DNA of 63,113 bases from an uncultured Hyphomicrobiales bacterium. Its GTDB lineage: Bacteria > Pseudomonadota > Alphaproteobacteria > Rhizobiales > Rhizobiaceae. The first letter of the stretch is position 1, and each line of letters begins with the position of its first letter. The stretch is taken from positions 1 to 63,113 of the forward strand of contig CAWUJX010000001.1 in the NCBI GenBank assembly GCA_963922635.1, read 5' to 3'. Shown in pieces: positions 48,145-55,905 of the stretch. The position numbers and the translations under genes were made by a program. A model generated the notes under the pieces. That model searched no databases. It was not told where the DNA came from and worked only from the letters and a program-made list of their open reading frames with translations.

Positions 48145-49236
48145 TTACCTTTGATTGTCGTTGCCATCTTCTAGTAGTTTGATTGCTTCGCGCTCTTCTT
48201 GATAATCGCTGATAATCCGACGCACTCGATTAAGTTCTGCCAACGCGTCGTCATCAATTTTTACTTCTGAATTCTCTTCTTCATCATCATCAGATTTAGG
48301 TGGAGCAACAAAGTCAACGTCTCCGCCATTCTCACCAAATTTGACGAGTTTATCTATGGACTTCTCAAGAGCATTTTTAACATCCCCTCTTGCATTTTTG
48401 GGGATTTGGTCAGCCAGTTCCTTGTAAATAGCATCAAGTCCCTCCTGTCGCCGTTTGTTTTCCATCTCAGCAAGCTCGTTCTCCATTACCTCTGTGAGAA
48501 GTCTTTTCTGACGAAGTTCTTCGCGCGTAATCTGAACAGACATGACTTCTTTAGCCATACCAGTAAGATGCTTGCAGATCAGAGCTAGCAATGCAGACAC
48601 CGCCGCTGTTGCTGAAAGAACCAAAATAATCGATCCATTCGATGTGCCAATAACGCGGGTATCTTCGGGAGCCTCACCGACAAGCATCCCCAAACCACGT
48701 ACTATGTGAAACCAATCTTCAGCAGAAGTCTTCCAGTCCTTTATGTCATTAATTGCAGCCTCGTTTCTAAAACCGACACGCACCGTAATCCGATCCTCAG
48801 CAGTTTCAAACGTATCGACTTTTATTCCCATTTCACTTACAGCTGAGCTATATGCTGTTAGTTGGTTATGAACATTATTTATCTTGGTCACCGCATCCTG
48901 AATTGCATTCAAAGTAGTGGCAGGATCGTAGGTAGTTGTAATTACAGTTTCCCGTACATAATCAACGCCGTCATACCCGATTAGATTAGACACTCCTTGC
49001 TGCCCTAAGAAACGTAACTGTTGAAGGTTCAATTCGCCAACTTTCATCGCAGAAAGGAAATCTAACAATTCGTTTAGCGGTTCTTCCAGTGGCTGCGTGG
49101 CTCCCTGATTAATATTATTTTGCAACACCCTTTGGAGAGCTTGGTATTTTGCTGCCAACTGACTGTGGTTCAAATCAAACCAGTTCGATAATTCAAGAAG
49201 CTCCAACACGTTCATTTTTACGATCCAATCATACAA
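48145..49236 (-). CDS. single-pass membrane / coiled-coil protein with acidic tail, function unknown
   Basis: The ORF-track start at 49236 is TTG; the first ATG is at 49215. Central TM helix GSIILVLSATAAVSALLALICKHL, then coiled coil (ITREELRQKRLLTEVMENELAEMENKRRQEG) and the acidic stretch SDDDEEENSE. Confidence 0.6.
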   Translation of the reverse strand: MYDWIVKMNVLELLELSNWFDLNHSQLAAKYQALQRVLQNNINQGATQPLEEPLNELLDFLSAMKVGELNLQQLRFLGQQGVSNLIGYDGVDYVRETVITTTYDPATTLNAIQDAVTKINNVHNQLTAYSSAVSEMGIKVDTFETAEDRITVRVGFRNEAAINDIKDWKTSAEDWFHIVRGLGMLVGEAPEDTRVIGTSNGSIILVLSATAAVSALLALICKHLTGMAKEVMSVQITREELRQKRLLTEVMENELAEMENKRRQEGLDAIYKELADQIPKNARGDVKNALEKSIDKLVKFGENGGDVDFVAPPKSDDDEEENSEVKIDDDALAELNRVRRIISDYQEEREAIKLLEDGNDNQR

Positions 49237-49242
49237 TCACTA

Positions 49243-49276
49243 CTACACACACAGTATGTGTACGCCGTGTGTGTAG
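49243..49276. repeat. 10-bp perfect inverted repeat CTACACACAC-N14-GTGTGTGTAG in a divergent promoter region
   Basis: Read directly from the sequence. It begins 7 nt upstream of the TTG 49236 start, or 28 nt from ATG 49215. Confidence 0.7.
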
Positions 49277-49494
49277 CCGTTCCATCGTATTGCGGTTCAT
49301 GTAACTCTAAAGTCAGACAACGGTACCCACGACTCCATACTATATTCCTTGTCCTATGAATTAAGAACAAGAAATATTGAATTCCCCAATATGCCCAATG
49401 CTCTTCCTAATCGAATGCTTACACAGTCGATATCAAACAATGTTTTGACATCTATTCGTATTTTTCATTCTATTACTTCATCCATTTTATTTTT

Positions 49495-49884
49495 GTGTGG
49501 GAGGAAACATTGAGAGTAGAAATCAAACACAGCGAACAATCAAAAGGGATGATTAGCAAAACCACGTTCTTTCGAACGGACTTCAATTTCATTTTCTCGG
49601 AAGAAGAAAAAGGGATCATCGCTGAAGCTGATCTGGGTCCATATACATTTCTGGAACGCGAGCCACCTTTTGACAGCAAAGACTATGGTGAACCCGACAA
49701 AGCCTATGAATATGAAGTGACGCTCCGAAAGTTGCTCAATGATGGCGGGTTTCATCATGCCTCGCCAAGCCGCCGACAAGCATGGGATTTCACCAGAAAC
49801 GTCAAAGAGCAACTTCCAACCTTGAAAGCTGTCTTGGACAAATACGCAGGCATAGCACTGGAGAACGAAAGCATCGAACTCTAG
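49495..49884 (+). CDS. hypothetical protein
   Basis: 129-aa ORF with a GTG start; an alternative ATG at 49549 gives MISKTTFF. It has no recognisable motif and is the first gene of a same-strand cluster. Confidence 0.5.
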   Translation: MWEETLRVEIKHSEQSKGMISKTTFFRTDFNFIFSEEEKGIIAEADLGPYTFLEREPPFDSKDYGEPDKAYEYEVTLRKLLNDGGFHHASPSRRQAWDFTRNVKEQLPTLKAVLDKYAGIALENESIEL

Positions 49885-49895
49885 GCAGCGGCTAG

Positions 49896-51965
49896 ATGGA
49901 AAACCTCTTCTTCATTGTACTGCTGGCGGTCGTTTGCGTCTTCGTTCTGTTTCGTCTTTTTCCTTCGCTGGGCAAAACTCGAAAAGAGAAAATAGAAGAT
50001 GAGTTCGTTGAACGCACTCATGCGCTCTACAAACAGGCCTGCCAAATTGATGCCTTTGATACCGATGCTTTCATAAAGATTGCCAATGCAACCTTTGAAG
50101 ATGGCAAAGTGAGAGCGGCGGCTCTGGAGTTATTTGCAAGAGAAGAAGTCGCCAAACCTGATCCACCACCGGAGATCGTGACTGGCATAGAAGGCGGGAG
50201 GTATCGCGACTATCTCGAACGCTACATCAACCAAGGTCAGGATGATGAACGAAACAATGTCTTAGTTGGTTCGCTCTGTCATGTATTGGAACCGCTCGAC
50301 CGTATTTGGGATGATGATGGTATCTTCAATGCCAGACAACGCATAACCCGTGAAGAGGTTGTGACTCTGATGGCTCGTACTTTTGAAGTCGAGCCACGCT
50401 TTGAAAGCACAAGGCAACAATTACTTGCGAATCTCATGGAGAATGGTGGGAAGAATGCGCTTCAATATCGGGACGATGATTATCCATACGCTTATCTGAA
50501 AAATACCCCACTTGAGAAACTCGAATACCGTGCCACGATGGTTCCTTGGAATAATCGGGAAGCTCATACATTGGTCCTTGGCGGTTCTGGCTCCGGCAAG
50601 ACCACCCTGTTCAAACATCTGATTGCCAAGCTTCTGGAAGAAGACTGTTGTGTGGTGGTGATGGATAGCCAGAGCCAGGTCATCGAAGAACTGGCTCATC
50701 TCAAGCTGAATGAAAGCGATGTTACATGGCTTTCACCTGAAAACGCCCTGGCACTCAATCCGTTTGATATCGATCCGAAAGACCAAAGAGATGAGACTGT
50801 CATCAATAACAAGATTTCGCTTTTGGAGTTCGTCGTTGAAAACCTGATCGAAGCACCCATGACACCGCGCCAGAAGAACCTCTTCTACTTCTGCACCCAG
50901 TTGGTACTGGCGATACCGGGCGGGAACGTGAAGACGTTCAAGGAAGTTCTGAAAGACCCGTTTGTCTATTCTGACACGATAGAAACACTGGATGAAACCG
51001 CACGGGATTTCTTCTTCAAGGAACTGAAAGAGCAAAGTGGTAATCGCAAAGGCAACAGCTACGACAGCACCCGACAGGAGCTGGCCTATCGTCTGGATGG
51101 TTTAACCAAACAACCTACGTTTCGCCGGATATTTCAGACGAAGGAAAACACCTTTGATTTCTTCGATGAAATGCAAAAGCGAAAACTCATTCTTTTGGAT
51201 ACCAGTCAATCACTGCTCGCTGATGATAGTCCAACCCTTGGCCGCTTCTTGATCGCCAATGCACTGCAAGCCTGTTTTCAACGGGTACACAAGAAGCAGA
51301 TGGATCGTCCAGTCTATTTCTTTGTTGATGAAGCACATGAGTATTTTGATGAGAAACTGGAGCGGATGCTGCTGCAAGCGCGCAAAGCAAATGTAGGCAT
51401 GGTGCTGGCCACACAGGATTTAAGTCGGGCCACTAAAGCAGGGATTGCCGATACCCTGATTGGGTCAACCTCTACTCAGATTGTAAGCAAGGTAATTGCA
51501 GGTGATGCCAAGCGGTTGGCACCTGCCATGAAAACCAATGCCGAGTTTATAACCGATCTATCTGATCACACTTTTGGATATTTCAGTGGGCAAGATATCG
51601 TATCAATCCAAGTGAACGGCGACCCGCTTTCGCAAGTTGCTAAACGTGGCGATCTTAATTCGCTGAAGCGCAGTATAGAATTTCGATATGGCCCAAAACC
51701 GGAAATGCCAACGTTTGATCCTAAGCCAAATGCAGATACGGAAAGCGTAAATTCAGAACCGACTGTTGAGGACACCTCTACGTCTTCCGAACAAAACCGA
51801 GCTGAGGAAAACAAGCCGCCTGTTGCAAAGCAAAAGCCAGACAAACCAATCCAGCAAAAACCTCAGAAATCGCAGCCGAAACCAAAAGCGCATAATAAGC
51901 CAAAGCAAAAACCACCTATGATCCAAAATGAGGTTCAAGACATCGAACCGGGTGACCAGTTATAA
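49896..51965 (+). CDS. membrane-anchored P-loop ATPase, FtsK/TraD(T4CP)/HerA-like
   Basis: N-terminal TM helix (LFFIVLLAVVCVFVLFRLF), Walker A LVLGGSGSGKTT, Walker B YFFVDEAHEYF and ARKANVGMVLATQDLSR. The roughly 90-aa C-terminal tail is P/K/Q-rich and low complexity. Confidence 0.75.
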   Translation: MENLFFIVLLAVVCVFVLFRLFPSLGKTRKEKIEDEFVERTHALYKQACQIDAFDTDAFIKIANATFEDGKVRAAALELFAREEVAKPDPPPEIVTGIEGGRYRDYLERYINQGQDDERNNVLVGSLCHVLEPLDRIWDDDGIFNARQRITREEVVTLMARTFEVEPRFESTRQQLLANLMENGGKNALQYRDDDYPYAYLKNTPLEKLEYRATMVPWNNREAHTLVLGGSGSGKTTLFKHLIAKLLEEDCCVVVMDSQSQVIEELAHLKLNESDVTWLSPENALALNPFDIDPKDQRDETVINNKISLLEFVVENLIEAPMTPRQKNLFYFCTQLVLAIPGGNVKTFKEVLKDPFVYSDTIETLDETARDFFFKELKEQSGNRKGNSYDSTRQELAYRLDGLTKQPTFRRIFQTKENTFDFFDEMQKRKLILLDTSQSLLADDSPTLGRFLIANALQACFQRVHKKQMDRPVYFFVDEAHEYFDEKLERMLLQARKANVGMVLATQDLSRATKAGIADTLIGSTSTQIVSKVIAGDAKRLAPAMKTNAEFITDLSDHTFGYFSGQDIVSIQVNGDPLSQVAKRGDLNSLKRSIEFRYGPKPEMPTFDPKPNADTESVNSEPTVEDTSTSSEQNRAEENKPPVAKQKPDKPIQQKPQKSQPKPKAHNKPKQKPPMIQNEVQDIEPGDQL

Positions 51966-51973
51966 ACTGGTGA

Positions 51974-52915
51974 ATGAAGAGACAAGACCGCTTGGGTCGT
52001 CGGTTGTTCACGACACACACCGAGAATCCTATTCCAGATTACAAACCTAATGAACGGCAGCTGCAATGGATGCAATTTCTGAACCTGCATGGCTTTGCTT
52101 CATCACTCTATTTGCACGAATACACGGCAGATACTCATCGGTGTCCGCAAACCAGCAAACGGATGTTACGCAAGCTCTTTGATGGACAGATGATCTATCG
52201 TCCACGCCAGCAACGTGAAACCGAAAACGCCGATGGCAACTATCACGTTTATGCACTCACTAAAGCCGGGATTAATTATCTGAAAGAAGAGGGATTATGG
52301 TTAGAGGCGCATAAACCAACTGGTGGGTGGGTTCATCAATACATGGTTTCTTGTATCACGGCATCCATTCACATCCTCTGCAACCGTGAGGGGTATCATT
52401 ATATTCCCGGTCATGAGATTACACCGTCATTAACAGCTGAAGCACAGTTCACATGGGGCAGCAAGGAATACAGCTACAACATCATTCCAGATGCGCTCTT
52501 TGCCATTCAATATCCCACTGGATACGTCGCCTATGCGCTCGAAGCTGATCGTGGAACTGAACCAAATGACACTGCATCACCTTATCGAAAATCCATCCGC
52601 CGCAACATCAAGCAATATGCATACTTGGTTGGCAATCAAGCATACAAATCTGCGTACCGTCTGAATTGTCCTTTGATCGTTCTCAACGTGATGGTGTCTA
52701 AGCGCAAAGTGGAAAATGCTTTGACCATCATCCAAAAGGAAGTAGGTGACTGCCCTTATTTGGCATTTGGATTGGCACCAGAATTCAAAACACCTTTTAA
52801 ACCCCCAGCCAAATTATTGGAAAGTCTCTTTATTGAACCCTTGCATCGCTCAGGATTAAAGCCTTGGACGATTAAGCAAGTCCAAAAGAAAAGTTGGTTT
52901 CGTTACAAAAAGTGA
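51974..52915 (+). CDS. replication-relaxation family-like protein (wHTH + PD-(D/E)xK-like core)
   Basis: IIPDALFAIQYP....YALEADRGTE matches my recollection of the pDa...lEvDrgTe core of Replic_Relax proteins. The assignment is from memory, not a search. Confidence 0.5.
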   Translation: MKRQDRLGRRLFTTHTENPIPDYKPNERQLQWMQFLNLHGFASSLYLHEYTADTHRCPQTSKRMLRKLFDGQMIYRPRQQRETENADGNYHVYALTKAGINYLKEEGLWLEAHKPTGGWVHQYMVSCITASIHILCNREGYHYIPGHEITPSLTAEAQFTWGSKEYSYNIIPDALFAIQYPTGYVAYALEADRGTEPNDTASPYRKSIRRNIKQYAYLVGNQAYKSAYRLNCPLIVLNVMVSKRKVENALTIIQKEVGDCPYLAFGLAPEFKTPFKPPAKLLESLFIEPLHRSGLKPWTIKQVQKKSWFRYKK

Positions 52916-53033
52916 ACTTGGCTCATACCACCACAAATCATGGCACGTCCCGCTAATAGTTCTTCATAGCAAACGGTGACGAACCTATATTTTGCTGCTG
53001 TCATCTTCTCGTCAAAACACAAGGAGAAACGAC

Positions 53034-53240
53034 ATGACAAAAGGCAAACAACCCCTACGAAATTGGCTCGGAAGAAAAGCCTTCGGTGCTGCAAAAGCGG
53101 TTGGTGGACTAACCGTTCAGATTGTCGATGAGACGCTCTATGCAGGTCTCAACAGCATTCCCGGCAACGATCCGCTGAAATCAAACACAGAAATGGCTCG
53201 TGAACTTGATGAGTACAAACGCTTGACTGGGAGAAAATGA
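53034..53240 (+). CDS. small hypothetical protein (68 aa)
   Basis: AAGGAG RBS 7 nt upstream of ATG 53034; the ORF-track start at 52992 is TTG. Confidence 0.5.
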   Translation: MTKGKQPLRNWLGRKAFGAAKAVGGLTVQIVDETLYAGLNSIPGNDPLKSNTEMARELDEYKRLTGRK

Positions 53241-53241
53241 G

Positions 53242-53424
53242 ATGTCTTCAAGACGCACTACTCCCAAGCGTGACTTTTCCGCCACTCATGTGACCCGCAC
53301 CAAACGCGGAAAAACTCGATACTATCAGAAGAGTTCTCTTCGCAGGAAAATCAAGAAAGGTTTGAAAAGGCAAGGATACTCCAAAAGGGTTCGAAGACAT
53401 GCAACCAAATCTGGTTGGGCATGA
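53242..53424 (+). CDS. very basic small protein (60 aa, R/K-rich)
   Basis: ATG lies 1 nt after the previous stop. About one third of residues are Arg or Lys (RRKIKKGLKRQGYSKRVRRH). A strong terminator follows. Confidence 0.45.
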   Translation: MSSRRTTPKRDFSATHVTRTKRGKTRYYQKSSLRRKIKKGLKRQGYSKRVRRHATKSGWA

Positions 53425-53429
53425 TACAA

Positions 53430-53453
53430 GGGCGGGGAAATCCCGCCCTTTTT
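53430..53453 (+). terminator. rho-independent terminator ending the 49495-53424 cluster
   Basis: GGGCGGG-GAAAT-CCCGCCC followed by TTTTT. Confidence 0.85.
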
Positions 53454-53577
53454 AGCAAGAAAAACAACCTACTAAATTCAAATATCTCAGAATACAAAAA
53501 ATATTATAAATAGCAGTTGATAAATGTCATAATATTTATACATATTATTATGTCTATTAAAATTTACGGAGAGTGCT

Positions 53578-54108
53578 ATGAAGGTGACAATTGATATTGC
53601 CGGGTTCTTTTTTGAACGTGAAGTAGAAATTAGCGAGGGCGCAACTGTTCGAGAAGTAATGGAGAAAGCTGTATCCGAAAACGGAGCAAATGATTCAAAG
53701 TTGTTCTTTGATACCGAAGGTCTGTTTGTTGATGGCATTTACGTTGTGCACTCAAACGGTTCAGCTGAATCTCGACAAAATCGTTCCCGTATTTATGATG
53801 ATGGCGCGTATGGTTTCATTGATGATCCAGTCAATTTCGAAAATGGGAAATTTGTTCCGGCTGATAATAGTTCCGGTTATGATGGCGCAGTGGTGGCGTG
53901 GCAATATTACATATATGACGACAAGTCGGTCGACTTGAACAGGGCCAATGGAACTGATCGAAAGGTGGTCTCCTTCACCAACTCTGACAGTGAATACCCA
54001 TTGAAAGATGGATATACTATCGTTTGGCGAGCAATCCTTTTGCAGCTAAAGCCAAATGGTGTTGTGAAAATGAAATCTGGACGGCCAATGTTGCCGGAAA
54101 TGAGTTAG
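53578..54108 (+). CDS. hypothetical protein, possible beta-grasp/DUF4430-like
   Basis: GGAGAG RBS and an AT-rich promoter region. MKVTIDIAG...EVEISEGATVREVMEKA plus a late W.YY...PLKDGYTIVW pattern recalls DUF4430-type domains. This is weak. Confidence 0.5.
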   Translation: MKVTIDIAGFFFEREVEISEGATVREVMEKAVSENGANDSKLFFDTEGLFVDGIYVVHSNGSAESRQNRSRIYDDGAYGFIDDPVNFENGKFVPADNSSGYDGAVVAWQYYIYDDKSVDLNRANGTDRKVVSFTNSDSEYPLKDGYTIVWRAILLQLKPNGVVKMKSGRPMLPEMS

Positions 54109-54115
54109 CGAATAC

Positions 54116-54148
54116 GCGGCCATTGATGGCTTTACCATCAAGGGCCGC
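54116..54148. terminator. long hairpin between convergent genes
   Basis: GCGGCC-A-TTGATGG / CCATCAA-G-GGCCGC, 13 bp paired with one mismatch and a 5-nt loop. Confidence 0.6.
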
Positions 54149-54178
54149 TCACCAAATATAATTTTTAAGAACTGCCAA

Positions 54179-54583
54179 CTATCTCACTCTGACTTTGCCT
54201 GAGAAACTGCCACTATTTCCTGTATCACGAACGCACTTTCCTTTAGCGGTTCCAGACTTGAAGCTCCCATCCTTACTGAATTTGAGCGTGACCGTAACCG
54301 TCGATTTCTGATTGCAACCCTCTCTTCCGCCAATGCCAGCTGTTGAGAAATTTGCTGTTCCAAAGATCTTAGTCTTTGATGCACCCTTGGTTTGGGTGGA
54401 ACCAATGACCGTGGTTCGCCCACTACTTCTAAGTGTGATCTTGTCACCTGAAACGGAAGCAGCAATTGGCCAAGGGAACTTGGTTTGAACTTGGAGATTG
54501 TAGCTGCCGTTTGGTGCTGCGACTAAGGGTGCAGGCACCGAGTACAATGCAAACGCGAGTACTCCGATAAGTGCTTTTTTCAT
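54179..54583 (-). CDS. small secreted protein, function unknown
   Basis: ATG 54583 gives the signal peptide MKKALIGVLAFALYSVPAPLVAA. The mature part is G/S/T/K-rich and looks beta-rich. Confidence 0.6.
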   Translation of the reverse strand: MKKALIGVLAFALYSVPAPLVAAPNGSYNLQVQTKFPWPIAASVSGDKITLRSSGRTTVIGSTQTKGASKTKIFGTANFSTAGIGGREGCNQKSTVTVTLKFSKDGSFKSGTAKGKCVRDTGNSGSFSGKVRVR

Positions 54584-54587
54584 TTGC

Positions 54588-54950
54588 CTACCTCCATAAT
54601 GTCGTGCCTCCGAAACGGAACTTATCGCCTCGTGCTCGGATGGTGCCGCAACGCCATGGAATGCCGCGCCAGTCTCCCGCAGGAGCGAAAAATGTACACA
54701 TACGATCACCTTCTATGCGCCATTCACCCTTGCCGGATTGTCCGACCTTACTGCGCCAACGCAAGGTTCCGTTGTTGGCATAAATGACTTTGCCAATTCG
54801 ATTGCCGCGAAGACGATAATTTAAATTCTTGCCAATAATCTGCTGTTTGATTTCAGTGCCAGTAAGCTGTTGGGCATTTACACCCGAGGTTGCAAGCGGC
54901 GCCGCAACCAATAGAGTTGAGGCAAACGTAAGAGAATATTTCAAGGGCAT
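54588..54950 (-). CDS. small secreted protein, DUF995-like
   Basis: AAAGGAA RBS 5 nt before ATG 54950. Signal peptide MPLKYSLTFASTLLVAAPLATSGVNA. The pattern LTGTEIKQQIIGKNL...GEWRIEGDRMC resembles DUF995 proteins of Hyphomicrobiales (from memory). Confidence 0.6.
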   Translation of the reverse strand: MPLKYSLTFASTLLVAAPLATSGVNAQQLTGTEIKQQIIGKNLNYRLRGNRIGKVIYANNGTLRWRSKVGQSGKGEWRIEGDRMCTFFAPAGDWRGIPWRCGTIRARGDKFRFGGTTLWR

Positions 54951-54998
54951 GATGTTCCTTTCCAACCGGAATAGCCGGCTCTTTTGTCACCATCAAAG

Positions 54999-55023
54999 TG
55001 AACAAAATGGCCAATTCTGTTCA
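54999..55023. repeat. left copy of a 25-bp inverted repeat (TGAACAAAATGGCCAATTCTGTTCA)
   Basis: 24 of 25 positions match the reverse complement of 55142-55166, including an 18-bp perfect core AATGGCCAATTCTGTTCA (55006-55023). Confidence 0.9.
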
Positions 55024-55141
55024 AGGAAGGAAAACCCTTGAATCTGCAATGTATTTACGTTGATTTACCCTACTGAGAGGTATACCCTTAGACTTTAGGA
55101 ATAGCAGAAAAAGCGCTATTTCAATAACTTATATGATAGAC

Positions 55142-55166
55142 TGAACAGAATTGGCCATTATGTTCA
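55142..55166. repeat. right copy of the 25-bp inverted repeat (TGAACAGAATTGGCCATTATGTTCA), overlapping the recombinase start
   Basis: See the left copy. The 118 bp between the copies (55024-55141) are non-coding. Confidence 0.9.
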
Positions 55167-55756
55167 GTCCAAAAATCAAACCATTCAAAAACCCCGGCTT
55201 CAGCCTCTACACCAAAGATGGTCAGCCGAAATATCTCAACCAATCGGAACGACAACGGTTCATAGAGTGTGCTGATCAATGTGAACGGTCTATTCGTTTG
55301 TTATGCCTCACATTGCTATTTAGCGGCTGCCGGTTATCAGAAGCCCTGAACCTCACGAAAGAGAGTGTTCTTACACCAGAGCAAGCCTTATCAATACGAT
55401 CCCTCAAGAAACGGAAAGCAGTAAGCTTCCGCCAAATACCAATACCCAAAAATCTAGTTCATGAATTATCAAGCCTTGGCCAAGAACGACCAAGCAGCCT
55501 GTTTGTATGGAAACGAACCCGAGCACTGCACTACGTGAAAATAGTAATGCGCATGGCGGATATAAATGGAGTTCGAGGAACAGCCCGTGGCTTACGCCAC
55601 ACATTTGGAGCGCATGGTATCCATTGCGGTATTCCAGTTACTCTACTTCAACGTTGGTATGGGCATTCCAAACTAGAAATGACAGCGATCTACACACAAA
55701 TCCTAGGGCCAGAAGAACGAGAGATTGCTAAGAAGATGTGGGAAACAAATCGATGA
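55160..55756 (+). CDS. small tyrosine recombinase (catalytic domain only, FimB/FimE-size)
   Basis: About 198 aa. Catalytic R (SGCRLSEALNL), RHTFGAH, WYGH and Y (AIYTQ). ATG 55160; the ORF-track TTG is at 55151. Confidence 0.8.
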   Translation: MFSPKIKPFKNPGFSLYTKDGQPKYLNQSERQRFIECADQCERSIRLLCLTLLFSGCRLSEALNLTKESVLTPEQALSIRSLKKRKAVSFRQIPIPKNLVHELSSLGQERPSSLFVWKRTRALHYVKIVMRMADINGVRGTARGLRHTFGAHGIHCGIPVTLLQRWYGHSKLEMTAIYTQILGPEEREIAKKMWETNR

Positions 55757-55905
55757 CGTTCAGCAAAAAACTGCCAAATAAGTATTACCAAGTTGGGCGA
55801 GACCACTCTCTGGACTTGGTTAAACCCTGCGAGCCAAGCCTCTGTGTGTTCTTCCTGCTAGACGCATACTGTATCAGTTGCTTCAACTGAAGAGCAAAAC
55901 TGAAT

